This document shows positions 21,672 to 31,045 of a stretch of DNA of 64,000 nt, piece by piece (the first letter of the stretch is position 1; the number at the start of each line of letters is the position of its first letter). The notes beneath the pieces were generated by a model that searched no databases, was not told where the DNA came from, and worked only from the letters and a program-made list of their open reading frames with translations. This DNA is from an uncultured delta proteobacterium (GTDB lineage: Bacteria > Myxococcota > UBA727 > VGSZ01), in the NCBI GenBank assembly GCA_963775425.1, contig CAVZJB010000013.1, forward strand, positions 64,001 to 128,000, read 5' to 3'. The translations under genes were made by a program, and so were the position numbers.

Positions 21672-22781
21672 TCAGATCTGGAACGTGGTGTCGACGAAGA
21701 AGCTGGAGAAGTTGTTGGCCGGCGACACGAAGTCCCACAGCGGGAAGCGGACGCCCTTGTTGTCCGAGCTCAGGAAGGGCTGCGCGCTGAACGTGCCGCC
21801 GGTGAGCGTGAACCACGCCGTCGGCGACCACGACAGGCCGAGGCTGCCGGTGGTGGACTGGCGGGGCACGAAGCCGTTGAGGGCGTGGGCGCCCGTGAGG
21901 TCGGCGTTGTCGTACTGGGTGCCGTTGTAGCCGGTGGTGGTGCCGTCGGTGGGCGGGAGGTACGAGGAGAAGGCCTGCGCGTAGCCGAGGTCCACGCTGG
22001 CGGAGAGCTGGTCGCTGATCTGGTAGCTGGCGCCGAGGCCCAGGCCCCAGCGCGGGCCCGGCGGCAGGTGACCGCAGCCGAAGTTCTCGATGTCGCCCGC
22101 GCGCGCGCCGTCGGCGCACGACAGGGTGGAGGTGGCGACGCCGTTGCTGGCGGTGAAGCCCACGCCCGTCTGCGCTTGCGCGTAGCGCGCGGCCAGCGCG
22201 CCCGACGACGGGGTGTAGCCGCCCGAGAGCGCGGCGTACGCGCCGAGGCCCTTGAGCATGGGCGCGGTCCAGGTCCCGCGCGCGCCGACGCCGAGGCCGC
22301 CGAGGCTGCCGTCCGCCCGCGAGGCCATCGAGATCGGCAGCGCGTAGGTACCGCTGAGGGCGACGCCGAGGCCGAGGTCCTTGAAGTTGAACGCGTTGTA
22401 GCTCACGGCGAAGCGCGGGTCCGCCAGCTCGAGCTGGTGGTTGTAGGTGTCGCTGTCCGTGTTGGTCCACTCGAAGCCGATGCGCTCGTTGGCCGACACC
22501 GACCACTGCTCGTTGATCTTCGCGGTGCCGCCGAGGGTCAGCAGCGACTGCAGCGTGGGGTTCACCGGCGACAGGACATACGTGGCCGAGCCCAGGCTCG
22601 TGGTGACGCCCGCCGACGCGTGCAGCGGCAGCGGATCCGCCTTCTTCGCCGGCGTCTTGGCGACGGCCGAGACCGCGGTGACAGCGTCGGCCGGGGCCCC
22701 GACGCCGGAGGGGGCGTCGGCGGGGGCGCCGGTGGCGGAGGGGGTGGCGGCGAGGGCGAGCGCGAAGGCAGCGGCGATCAT
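21672..22781 (-). CDS. Putative outer-membrane beta-barrel protein
   Basis: Signal peptide; alternating amphipathic strands rich in G/Y/W/S; C-terminal ...FFVDTTFQI. Confidence 0.65.
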   Translation of the reverse strand: MIAAAFALALAATPSATGAPADAPSGVGAPADAVTAVSAVAKTPAKKADPLPLHASAGVTTSLGSATYVLSPVNPTLQSLLTLGGTAKINEQWSVSANERIGFEWTNTDSDTYNHQLELADPRFAVSYNAFNFKDLGLGVALSGTYALPISMASRADGSLGGLGVGARGTWTAPMLKGLGAYAALSGGYTPSSGALAARYAQAQTGVGFTASNGVATSTLSCADGARAGDIENFGCGHLPPGPRWGLGLGASYQISDQLSASVDLGYAQAFSSYLPPTDGTTTGYNGTQYDNADLTGAHALNGFVPRQSTTGSLGLSWSPTAWFTLTGGTFSAQPFLSSDNKGVRFPLWDFVSPANNFSSFFVDTTFQI

Positions 22782-22916
22782 GCGGGGACTCCTGGGCCTG
22801 CGGGGCGAAGCAAGGTCCGTGCGCACATCCACGTACAGGCCAGAAGTCTGAAAGGAAAGGGCATTTTGCAGGAGGTGATCGTTGACTGACGGCGCCCGTC
22901 ACCCTAGCGATCGGGC

Positions 22917-24737
22917 GTGGCCGCCGTCCGATACCGCATCACACCGCAAAACCCCCGGGCCCACCTGTTCGAGGTGGAGGTCCACGTCGACGACCCGGAT
23001 CCGCAGGGCCAGGCGTTCCACCTGCCCGTCTGGGTCCCCGGCAGCTACCTGGTCCGCGAGTTCGCGCGCCACGTCGTCGAGGTCTCGGCGCGCTCGAACG
23101 GCAAGCCGGTCGCCGTCGAAAAGACCGACAAGCGCACCTGGCGCGCCGCGGCCACCGAGGGCCCCCTCGTCGTCGCCTGCACCATCTACGCGTGGGACCT
23201 GTCGGTGCGCGCCGCCCACCTCGACCTCACGCACGCGTTCTTCAACGGCACCTCGATGTTCCTCGCCGTCGCCGGCCGCGAGCGGGAGGCCGTCGACGTC
23301 GTCATCGAGCCCCCGCACGATCCCGCATGCAAGGGCTGGCGCGTGGCCACCACCCTCCACGCCGTCGACGTGCGCCCGCCCGGCTTCGGCAGCTACCGCG
23401 CCCAAAGCTACGAGGAGCTCGTCGATCACCCGGTGGAGATGGGCACCTTCGAGCTCGTCGAGTGGGCCGCCGGCGGCGTGCCCCACCAGATGGCCGTCAC
23501 TGGGCGTGCGCGCTTCGACAAGGAGCGGCTGCAGAAGGACTGCGCCGCCGTCTGCGCCGAGCACATCCGCATGCTCGGGGGCAGCTCGCCGGTGCAGCGC
23601 TACCTGTTTTTGACCACCGCCCTCGGCGAGGGCTACGGCGGGCTCGAGCACAAGGACAGCGCCGCGCTCCTGTGCAAGCGCGACGACCTCCCCAAGGAGA
23701 CCACGCCCAAGGAGCCCGGCGACGGCTATCGCGGCTTCCTCGGCCTCGTCTCCCACGAGTACTTCCACCTGTGGAACGTCAAGCGCATCAAGCCGGCCGT
23801 GTTCACGCCGTACGCGCTCGGCGCCGAGGCCTATACGCGCCTGCTGTGGGCGTTCGAGGGCATCACCTCGTACTACGACGACCTCGCCCTCGTGCGCGCC
23901 GGCGTCATCAGCACGGAGAGCTGGCTCGAGCTCATCGGGCGCACGCTCACGCGCGTGATGCGCGGGGCCGGACGCATGAAGCAGAGCGTGGCGGAGTCGA
24001 GCTTCGACGCGTGGATCAAGTTCTACCGGCCCGACGAGAACTCCCCCAACGCCGTCGTCAGCTATTACACCAAGGGCTCGCTGGTGGCGTTGGCGCTCGA
24101 CCTCACCATCCGCGCCGCCACCGGCGAGAAGCGCTCGCTCGACGACGTCATGCGCCTGTTGTGGCAGCGCCACGGCATGCAGAACGTGGGCGTGCCCGAG
24201 GACGGCGTCGAGCAGATCGCGAGCGAGGTGGCCGGCGTCGACCTCACGCCGTTCTTCGACGAGGCCGTGCGCGGCACCAACGATCTCGCGCTCGCTCCGC
24301 TCTTGAAGCCCTACGGCATCGAGCTGCACCTCCGGCCCGCCGACAGCGACAGCGACCTCGGCGGCAAGCCGGGCAAGAAGCCCAAGGACGAGGTGCTCAA
24401 GCGCGGCACGCTCGGCGTCACGCTCTCGCACCACCACGACGACGGGGCCCACCTGCACGTGGTGCACGACGGCGGCGCCGCGCAGGACGCGGGGCTCGCG
24501 TCGGGCGACGTCGTCATCGCCGTCGACGGGCTGCGCGCCACGCGCGGCAACCTGCGCAAGCTCGTCGGCGAGCGCGCGCCGGGCACCCGGATCCACGTGC
24601 ATGCCTTCCGCCGCGACGAGCTGCACGAGATCGACGTCGTGCTCAAGGCGCCCGCGCTCGACACCGCCTGGCTCTCTTTGCGAACCGACGAAGAGGCCGC
24701 CGCCCGGCGCGCCGCGTGGCTCATGACACGGCGATGA
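22917..24737 (+). CDS. M61 glycyl aminopeptidase with C-terminal PDZ domain
   Basis: LPVWVPGSY, GGLEH, SHEYFHLWNVKRI, EGITSYY, SYYTKG; PDZ motif AQDAGLASGDVVIAVDG. Confidence 0.95.
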   Translation: MAAVRYRITPQNPRAHLFEVEVHVDDPDPQGQAFHLPVWVPGSYLVREFARHVVEVSARSNGKPVAVEKTDKRTWRAAATEGPLVVACTIYAWDLSVRAAHLDLTHAFFNGTSMFLAVAGREREAVDVVIEPPHDPACKGWRVATTLHAVDVRPPGFGSYRAQSYEELVDHPVEMGTFELVEWAAGGVPHQMAVTGRARFDKERLQKDCAAVCAEHIRMLGGSSPVQRYLFLTTALGEGYGGLEHKDSAALLCKRDDLPKETTPKEPGDGYRGFLGLVSHEYFHLWNVKRIKPAVFTPYALGAEAYTRLLWAFEGITSYYDDLALVRAGVISTESWLELIGRTLTRVMRGAGRMKQSVAESSFDAWIKFYRPDENSPNAVVSYYTKGSLVALALDLTIRAATGEKRSLDDVMRLLWQRHGMQNVGVPEDGVEQIASEVAGVDLTPFFDEAVRGTNDLALAPLLKPYGIELHLRPADSDSDLGGKPGKKPKDEVLKRGTLGVTLSHHHDDGAHLHVVHDGGAAQDAGLASGDVVIAVDGLRATRGNLRKLVGERAPGTRIHVHAFRRDELHEIDVVLKAPALDTAWLSLRTDEEAAARRAAWLMTRR

Positions 24738-24858
24738 CGATCCCGGCGCGGGCGCGCCGCCGCCCGACGCGCCGGGGGAGCCCGCACACCGTAAAACGAC
24801 GCGTGTGTTGTGCGTGTGAGTGACAATGCGCGCCGAGACCACTAAGTGTGGTCCCCAG

Positions 24859-25956
24859 ATGCAAAACAAGCTCACCTTCGCACCCGCCTCCGCGTTTCAC
24901 GGCGAGCTGCGCCGGCGCGTCGACGCGTACTTCACGGACAACAATCTGAAGAAGAGCGCGAACGGCTTCATGGTCGCAAAGACCGCCTTCTGGCTCGCCT
25001 TCACCTGGGGCGCGTGGGCGCTGACGATGCGCGAGGTCGTCTCGTTTCCGCTGAGCATCGCTCTGTGGTGCGCGCAGGGCTTCGGCTTCGCCTGCATCGG
25101 CTTCAACATCGGGCACGACGCCATCCACGGCAGCTACTCCGACAAGAAGTGGGTGAACGCCATCCTCGCGTGGAGCTTCGACGTCATGGGGGCGTCGTCG
25201 TTCACGTGGCGCGTCGCGCACAACGTCATCCACCACACGTACACGAACATCCCCGGCCACGACGGCGACCTCGAGCCCGGGCCGACGATGGTGTTCTACC
25301 CGCAGCCCACGCGCTGGTTTCACCGCTTTCAGCACATCTACGCCTGGGCGCTGTACCCGTTCATCGGCGTCATCTGGGTCTACATCAAGGACTTCGAGCA
25401 GATCCGCCGCGGCGATCCGCTCACGGGCAAGACCGCCGGGCGCCTCGACTTCGCGCAGATGATGCTCGGCAAGGGACTGCACATCGGGCTCGTGCTCGCG
25501 GCCCCGCTCGTCTTCATGCACGCGCCCGCCTGGCAGATCCTCATCGGCTACTCGCTGCTGCTCGCCACCGGCGGCGTCACCCTCGCGGTGGTCTTTCAGC
25601 TCGCGCACTGCATCGAGGGCGTCGAGTTCCCGCGCACGCCCGAAGGCGCGCAGCAGATGCCGGTGTCCTGGTGCGAGCACCAGCTCCGCACCACGGCCAA
25701 CTTCGGCCGCACCGCGCTGGCCACGTTCATCTGTGGCGGCCTCGACCACCAGATCGAGCACCACCTGATGCCGCGCATCTGCCACATCCACTACCCGGCG
25801 CTGGCGCCCATCGTCGAGCAGTGCGCGCGCGAGCACGGCTTGCCGTACGTGCACAACGGCAGCTTCTTCCGGGCCGTGGGCGCCCACGCCCGCACGCTCA
25901 GGCGCCTCGGCCAAGGCGCCGCCGTCGTGGAGACGGCGGCGCTCGCGAGCTCATGA
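24859..25956 (+). CDS. Membrane fatty acid (acyl-CoA) desaturase
   Basis: His boxes HDAIH, HNVIHH, QIEHH. Confidence 0.93.
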   Translation: MQNKLTFAPASAFHGELRRRVDAYFTDNNLKKSANGFMVAKTAFWLAFTWGAWALTMREVVSFPLSIALWCAQGFGFACIGFNIGHDAIHGSYSDKKWVNAILAWSFDVMGASSFTWRVAHNVIHHTYTNIPGHDGDLEPGPTMVFYPQPTRWFHRFQHIYAWALYPFIGVIWVYIKDFEQIRRGDPLTGKTAGRLDFAQMMLGKGLHIGLVLAAPLVFMHAPAWQILIGYSLLLATGGVTLAVVFQLAHCIEGVEFPRTPEGAQQMPVSWCEHQLRTTANFGRTALATFICGGLDHQIEHHLMPRICHIHYPALAPIVEQCAREHGLPYVHNGSFFRAVGAHARTLRRLGQGAAVVETAALASS

Positions 25957-25963
25957 GCGTCCG

Positions 25964-26182
25964 TCAGAAACGGAAGTTCGTCTCGCGTGCGAAACGCTCC
26001 ACCTCGTTCTTGATCTTCACCCGCTCCTGACCGGTCGCCTTGTGGATGTAGCCGATCAACTGGTCGAGCTGCCCCTCGTAGCGATCGAGATCGTTGTCGG
26101 TGAGCGCGCCCCAGGCCTCGCGCAGCTTGCCCCTCAAACGCAGCCACTCGCCGCCACGAGCCTCTTGGTTCGGGTTCGTCAT
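25964..26182 (-). CDS. CsbD family stress protein
   Basis: GEWLRLRGKLREAWGALTDNDL...GQLDQLIGYI; GGAGG RBS. Confidence 0.88.
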   Translation of the reverse strand: MTNPNQEARGGEWLRLRGKLREAWGALTDNDLDRYEGQLDQLIGYIHKATGQERVKIKNEVERFARETNFRF

Positions 26183-26204
26183 GTCGTCCTCCCGGGCTGA
26201 AACC

Positions 26205-26220
26205 TTCACGGCGCGTGCCT
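26205..26220 (-). promoter_or_regulatory. Possible degenerate sigma54 promoter of the CsbD gene
   Basis: AGGCAC-GCGCC-GTGAA. Confidence 0.3.
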
Positions 26221-26283
26221 CGGCGCCGGCGCAAAAGGCGACGCTGTGGGAAGCGGCCGCGCTTCAATTTGCTACGTCGCCTC

Positions 26284-27294
26284 ATGCCGGGAGACGCGAT
26301 CGACGACGACATCATCGGGGAGAGCGCGCCGCTTCGTCGCGTCCGCGACCTGATGGAGCGGGTGAGCACGAGCGACTCCACCGTCCTCATCATGGGGGAG
26401 AGCGGCACGGGGAAGGAGCTCGTCGCCCGCGGCCTGCACGAGCGCTCGGCGCGGCGTGATCGCCCCTTCGTGGCGCTCAACTGCTCGGCCATCCCCGAGA
26501 CCCTCATCGAGAGCGAGCTGTTCGGTCACGTGAAGGGCGCGTTCACCGACGCGCGGGCGGCGCACGCGGGGCTGTTCGTGGACGCCCACGGCGGCACGCT
26601 CTTCCTCGACGAGATCGCCGAGCTGCCGCTTTCGATGCAGCCCAAGCTGCTGCGCGCGCTGCAGGAGCGCGCGGTGCGCCCCGTGGGCGGCGCGCACGAG
26701 GTGGAGCTCGACGTCCGCGTCGTCGCCGCCACCAACCGCGACCTCGAGGAGGACGTGCGCGCGCGGCGCTTTCGCCAGGACCTCTACTACCGCGTGAACG
26801 TCGTGCGCATCGACGTTCCGCCGCTGCGCGATCGCGGGCGCGACGTGCTCCTCCTCGCGCGCCGCTTCGTCGCGCGCTTCGCCGCCCGCGCCCAAAAGAG
26901 CGTGACCGGGCTGTCGACGCAGGCCGAGGCGCTGCTGCTGCGCCACCGGTGGCCGGGCAACGTGCGCGAGCTGGAGAACTGCATCGAGTGCGCGGTGACG
27001 CTCTGCCGCAACGACCTGATCGACGTCGACGACCTGCCGCCGCCGCTGGCGGCGCTCGCCGATGCGGTCGTACCCGACGACCGCCTGCGGGCGCCGGCCG
27101 CGGGCGACGACGAAGAAGAGGGCAGCGCGCTGCCCTCGATGGAGGAGGTCGAGCGCCGCCACATCCGCCGCGTGTTGCGCGCGGTGCACGGCAACAAGTC
27201 GCAGGCCGCGGCGGTGCTCGGCTTCGACCGGCGCACGCTCTATCGCAAGCTCAAGCTCTACGGCGACTTCACGGGCTCGCCGCGACATCCGTGA
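26284..27294 (+). CDS. Sigma54-dependent enhancer-binding protein lacking an N-terminal regulatory domain
   Basis: [48 protein letters not shown], Fis-type HTH; AAA+ domain starts about 9 aa after the Met. Confidence 0.93.
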   Translation: MPGDAIDDDIIGESAPLRRVRDLMERVSTSDSTVLIMGESGTGKELVARGLHERSARRDRPFVALNCSAIPETLIESELFGHVKGAFTDARAAHAGLFVDAHGGTLFLDEIAELPLSMQPKLLRALQERAVRPVGGAHEVELDVRVVAATNRDLEEDVRARRFRQDLYYRVNVVRIDVPPLRDRGRDVLLLARRFVARFAARAQKSVTGLSTQAEALLLRHRWPGNVRELENCIECAVTLCRNDLIDVDDLPPPLAALADAVVPDDRLRAPAAGDDEEEGSALPSMEEVERRHIRRVLRAVHGNKSQAAAVLGFDRRTLYRKLKLYGDFTGSPRHP

Positions 27295-27658
27295 GCGCCC
27301 CCTCGTCCTCCTCGTCCTCTTCGGCCCCCTCGTCCTCCGCGGCCGGCGCGGGCGACGCCGCGGGCGCGGGCGCGCGCTCCTCGAGGACGGCGTCGAGCAC
27401 CTCGTCGAGCAGCGCGCCCAGGGCGAGCTTGCTGCCCGCGCTCATCAAGCCGCGCATGAGCACGGGGGCGACGCCGCCGGCGAGCACGAAGCCCGCGCCC
27501 GCGGCGATCCCGAGCACCGTGTAGGGGCGCTCCGCGAGCTGCTCGCGCGCCGCGCGCCGCGCCAACGACGCCGTCGACCGCACCGACGTCACCAAATCCG
27601 AGGCGCGCTCCTTGGTGTCCTGGCCGGCGCGAACGAGCTCTTCCGTGGTCGTGTCCAT
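27269..27658 (-). CDS. Small DUF883/ElaB-like membrane-anchored protein
   Basis: ...ERPYTVLGIAAGAGFVLAGG motif, acidic tail; GGGGGA RBS. Confidence 0.7.
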   Translation of the reverse strand: MDTTTEELVRAGQDTKERASDLVTSVRSTASLARRAAREQLAERPYTVLGIAAGAGFVLAGGVAPVLMRGLMSAGSKLALGALLDEVLDAVLEERAPAPAASPAPAAEDEGAEEDEEDEGALTDVAASP

Positions 27659-27668
27659 GATTCCCCCT

Positions 27669-27974
27669 TCACACCCGCGAAACGATGCGACCGATGACGA
27701 AGCCGGCGACGACGGCGGCGGCGATGGCGCGCATCGGGTGCTTGTCCACCAGCTCCCGGAACCGCTCGTCGAGCGCGAGCGCGCGCTCCGCGAGCGCGTC
27801 GACGTCGAGCGCGTCGTCCGGGTGTGCGCGCGCGCCGGGCTCGGTGGGCTGCGCGGCACCCTCGGCCGGCTGGTCGAGATGCGGCACCGGCTCTTCCTTC
27901 AACGACGTCTCATGCTTGGCCGTGCCGTTCGACGGCTCCGGGCGAGTGGGATCGAACGCGGTGTCGATGCTCAT
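27669..27974 (-). CDS. DUF883/ElaB/YqjD-like tail-anchored protein
   Basis: C-terminal VDKHPMRAIAAAVVAGFVIGRIV; GGAGG RBS. Confidence 0.75.
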   Translation of the reverse strand: MSIDTAFDPTRPEPSNGTAKHETSLKEEPVPHLDQPAEGAAQPTEPGARAHPDDALDVDALAERALALDERFRELVDKHPMRAIAAAVVAGFVIGRIVSRV

Positions 27975-28000
27975 GACGGTCCTCCAGCCCGCGATCACCG

Positions 28001-28016
28001 TGCAGCGCTTGTGCCA
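28001..28016 (-). promoter_or_regulatory. Sigma54 promoter (leftward)
   Basis: TGGCAC-AAGCG-CTGCA, 26 nt upstream of the ATG at 27974. Confidence 0.7.
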
Positions 28017-28053
28017 CTGCGACGACGGCCCCTTCGAGGCGCGCGCACTGTGG

Positions 28054-28092
28054 CGTGACGACACACCGTGACGCGTTGCCTCGGTCGTCACG
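28054..28092. promoter_or_regulatory. Candidate enhancer (UAS) inverted repeat
   Basis: CGTGACGAC (28054-62) and GTCGTCACG (28084-92), plus a third half-site CGTGACG (28067-73), between the two sigma54 promoters. Confidence 0.45.
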
Positions 28093-28116
28093 AACGAGCG
28101 CGCGCGCGGCTGCGTG

Positions 28117-28132
28117 TGGCACGTGCGCTGCA
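28117..28132 (+). promoter_or_regulatory. Sigma54 promoter (rightward)
   Basis: TGGCAC-GTGCG-CTGCA, 50 nt upstream of the ATG at 28183. Confidence 0.7.
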
Positions 28133-28182
28133 CACCTCATCCTTCGGTGAAGGACTTCCACGCACGACCGAGGAGACCAGAC

Positions 28183-28455
28183 ATGCTCGACACCATCGCC
28201 AAGACCGCAGTCGTCAGCTCGATGCTCTCGCTGTTTCGCAGGTCACGACGCAACGACACCAACTACATCGCCGCCGCCGGCCTCGTCTGCGCCGGCGTCG
28301 TCATCGGCGCGGGCGCGGCGCTCATGTTCGCCCCCAAGAGCGGCGCGGAGCTGCGCGCCGACGTCCGCCAACGCGCGCGCCGCCTCAGCTCCGGCGCGCA
28401 GAAGCGCTTCGAGCGAGCGCGCGACGCCGCCGCGAGCGAGATCGAGACCCACTGA
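28183..28455 (+). CDS. YtxH-domain protein
   Basis: GAGAALMFAPKSGAELRADV; GAGGAG RBS. Confidence 0.85.
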   Translation: MLDTIAKTAVVSSMLSLFRRSRRNDTNYIAAAGLVCAGVVIGAGAALMFAPKSGAELRADVRQRARRLSSGAQKRFERARDAAASEIETH

Positions 28456-28461
28456 GCCGGG

Positions 28462-29139
28462 TCAGGCCTGGACGACCTTCACGCCGTCGTCGGTGCCGGC
28501 GATGAGCGTGTGCACCATGCCGCAGAACAGGCCGTGCTCCGCGACCCCGGGGATCGCGGAGAGGGCCGTGGCCAGGCGCGGCGGGTCGTCGACGGGGGCC
28601 ATCTTGCAGTCGACGATCCACAGGCCGTTGTCGGTGACGTAGGTCTTGCCGTCGCGCACGCGGAGCGTGGGCTCGAGCCCGAGGCGCCGCAGCGCGCGCT
28701 CGACCACCTTCTGCGCGAACGGCACGATCTCCACCGGCAGCGGAAACGCGTGGAGCTTGTCCTTGAGCTTGCCGTCGTCGACGATGCAGTAGAAGCGCTC
28801 GCTGGAGTACGCCACCACCTTCTCGCGCAACAGCGCGCCGCCGCCGCCCTTGGTGAGGTTCAGGTCCTTGTCGACCTCGTCGGCGCCGTCGAAGCAGAGG
28901 TCGAGGCGCTCGACGTCGTCGAACGACAGCACCGGGATGCCCTGCTCCTGCGCGAGCTTGCGCGTGGACTCCGACGTCGGAACGCCATGGACCTTGAGGC
29001 CCTCGCGCACCCGGCGGCCGAGCGCCTCCACCGCGAACTTGGCCGTGGAGCCCGTGCCGAGCCCGACCTTCATCTTGTTTTCGATGAGCGAAACCGCGTG
29101 CTCCGCCGCCCTCTGCTTCTTTTCGTCGGTGGTCGCCAC
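28462..29139 (-). CDS. rpiA: Ribose-5-phosphate isomerase A
   Basis: GLGTGSTA, DGADEVD, KGGGGALLREK, TDNG, IPGVAEHGLF. Confidence 0.97.
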   Translation of the reverse strand: MATTDEKKQRAAEHAVSLIENKMKVGLGTGSTAKFAVEALGRRVREGLKVHGVPTSESTRKLAQEQGIPVLSFDDVERLDLCFDGADEVDKDLNLTKGGGGALLREKVVAYSSERFYCIVDDGKLKDKLHAFPLPVEIVPFAQKVVERALRRLGLEPTLRVRDGKTYVTDNGLWIVDCKMAPVDDPPRLATALSAIPGVAEHGLFCGMVHTLIAGTDDGVKVVQA

Positions 29140-29573
29140 TACGAGGCCTTTCGTCTGCCCCCGGCATAGGGGTGCAGCTCGTGCTCATGCCACGCATGCA
29201 GGGCCTTGTGAATCGTGGGGAACTCCTTGAAGTCGTGCGGCGGCCGCCACGGCACCCACGCGTAGTCGTCGTGATCGGGGGTGACGACGGCACAGGGCCC
29301 GCGCACCTCGCCGGCGAACAACACCACGGTCTTCTCCCGCTGCTTGTTCGGGTGATACGTGGTCTCGAAGCGAAAGCCCTCGTGGAAGGTGATGCTGTCC
29401 GCGGTGATCCCCGTCTCCTCTTCGAGCTCGCGCAGCGCGCACTGCACCTCGCTCTCGCCCTTCTTCATCCGTCCCTTGGGCAGATCGAGGCGGTCTCGGA
29501 CCACCAGGAGCAGGACGGACCGCCGCGGCCGATCCTGGAACACGAGCACGCCGCAAGACTTCTCTTTGCGCAT
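29139..29573 (-). CDS. NUDIX hydrolase (Ap4A hydrolase-like)
   Basis: EKSCG, PKG...GESEVQCALRELEEETGI Nudix box. Confidence 0.9.
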   Translation of the reverse strand: MRKEKSCGVLVFQDRPRRSVLLLVVRDRLDLPKGRMKKGESEVQCALRELEEETGITADSITFHEGFRFETTYHPNKQREKTVVLFAGEVRGPCAVVTPDHDDYAWVPWRPPHDFKEFPTIHKALHAWHEHELHPYAGGRRKAS

Positions 29574-29629
29574 GCGGTGATCATGCACGACTCGATCACG
29601 CGCGTCGATCGCTTCACCTGGTTGTCACG

Positions 29630-31045
29630 CTAGCGGAGCGCTCCCGTCACGAGGAAAGCTTCCGCTCCCGAAAGCGGCAGGCGTGCTCCCGCCGCGAGCG
29701 ACGCGCTGACGATGACGTCGCCCGTCGTCACCCGCCGCACCTGGACGTCGCACGCACGCGTGGGAACAAACGCCACATCGCCGCCGGCGCCGATGACGAT
29801 GTCGGCGAACCGCGCGCCGTCGGTCGCGCCGTACGCGCCGACGAAGGAGCCGTCGAAGTCGCCGCCCGCGTCGGCGCGCTCCCACGTCGTCACGTCGGGC
29901 GGGAGCAGCGAAGCGGCGGCGCCGACGACGTCCGCGCCGGCCATGTCGGCGAAGTCGACGTCGCCGCGGACGCCGGCGCGCGAATGGAAGACGTGGATGG
30001 GCAACCCGGCGACGTAGGTGAGCAGCACGGACGCGGCGAGCTTCTCCGGGTCGTCGAGGGTGTTCACGGAGGAGCCGGGGCCGATGGGCTCGTTGTTGCT
30101 GACGGCGCCGCCGGTGCAGGCCGCGATGCTCCAGGGCTGCCACACGGGGCGCCAGCCGGTGTCGTCGTTGTCGCGGGCGAAGTGGACGGTGGCGATGTCG
30201 GCGACGCCGCCGCCGTAGACCGCGTCGAAGGAGGCGCACGAGGTGCTGTCGAAGGGGGCGCTGGCGGCGACGAGGACGTCGGTGCGATCGCGCAGGTGGA
30301 TCGTGAGCTCGCGCAGCTCGTCGGTGGTGAAGCCGTTTTGGTACGACTCGTTCGCGGTCTCGAAGAGCATCACCTTGCCGGGGCGGGCGGCGGCCATGGC
30401 GGCGAAGCGGTCGGCGAGGGCTGCGCGGTCGCCGTCGTCGGGGCTGCCGCCGAAGAGCGTCCACTGCACGCGCAGGCCGTACTGGTCGTAGGCGAGGTCG
30501 GTGAGGCCGGCGATGACGTCGTCGTAGTCGGGCCAGCGCCAGTCGGTCTCGCGGCCGTCCCAGAAGTCGGGGCCGACGGGATCGCCGACGACGCCGAGGA
30601 CGCGGATGAAGTCGAAGCCGTGGCCGGCGAGGAACGCGAGGTTCCTCTCGAGACGCGGGCGGTCATTCTTGTATGCCCACGCGGCGTAGAACATCGTGGC
30701 GCCGAGCGCGTGGAAGCGCCCGCGCGCGTCGACCAGGGCGCGGCCGTCGAGGGAGAGGCCGGCGGCGGTGCCCGCGCCATCGCCGGCCGACCCGTCGCCG
30801 GCCGACCCGTCGCCGGCCGACCCGTCGCCGGCCGACCCGTCGCCGGCCGTGTCGTCGCCGGCCGTGTCGTCGCCGGTCGTGTCGTCGCCGGCGCCGGGTG
30901 CCGCGGCGAAGGGCGCGTGCAGAAACGGCGCGCGCGCCAATCCTCGCGCGCCCGCCAGGCAAGGCGCTTCGACGACGGCGGGGCCGCAGGCGGCGGCGGC
31001 GGCGAGGGCGGCGAGCGCCGCTGCGCGCGGCGGGGTCAGGGACAC
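29630..31045 (-). CDS. Lipoprotein with glycoside hydrolase-like (clan GH-A TIM barrel) domain
   Basis: GTG start overlapping the upstream gene; AAAAC lipobox; GFDFIRV, FETANE (acid/base-like), SNNEP (nucleophile-like). Confidence 0.65.
   Translation of the reverse strand: MSLTPPRAAALAALAAAAACGPAVVEAPCLAGARGLARAPFLHAPFAAAPGAGDDTTGDDTAGDDTAGDGSAGDGSAGDGSAGDGSAGDGAGTAAGLSLDGRALVDARGRFHALGATMFYAAWAYKNDRPRLERNLAFLAGHGFDFIRVLGVVGDPVGPDFWDGRETDWRWPDYDDVIAGLTDLAYDQYGLRVQWTLFGGSPDDGDRAALADRFAAMAAARPGKVMLFETANESYQNGFTTDELRELTIHLRDRTDVLVAASAPFDSTSCASFDAVYGGGVADIATVHFARDNDDTGWRPVWQPWSIAACTGGAVSNNEPIGPGSSVNTLDDPEKLAASVLLTYVAGLPIHVFHSRAGVRGDVDFADMAGADVVGAAASLLPPDVTTWERADAGGDFDGSFVGAYGATDGARFADIVIGAGGDVAFVPTRACDVQVRRVTTGDVIVSASLAAGARLPLSGAEAFLVTGALR
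30781..30892. repeat. 15-bp tandem repeat (about 7 units) encoding a GDGSA/GDDTA linker
   Basis: CGCCGGCCGACCCGT x4, then CGCCGG[C/T]CGTGTCGT x3. Confidence 0.95.
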
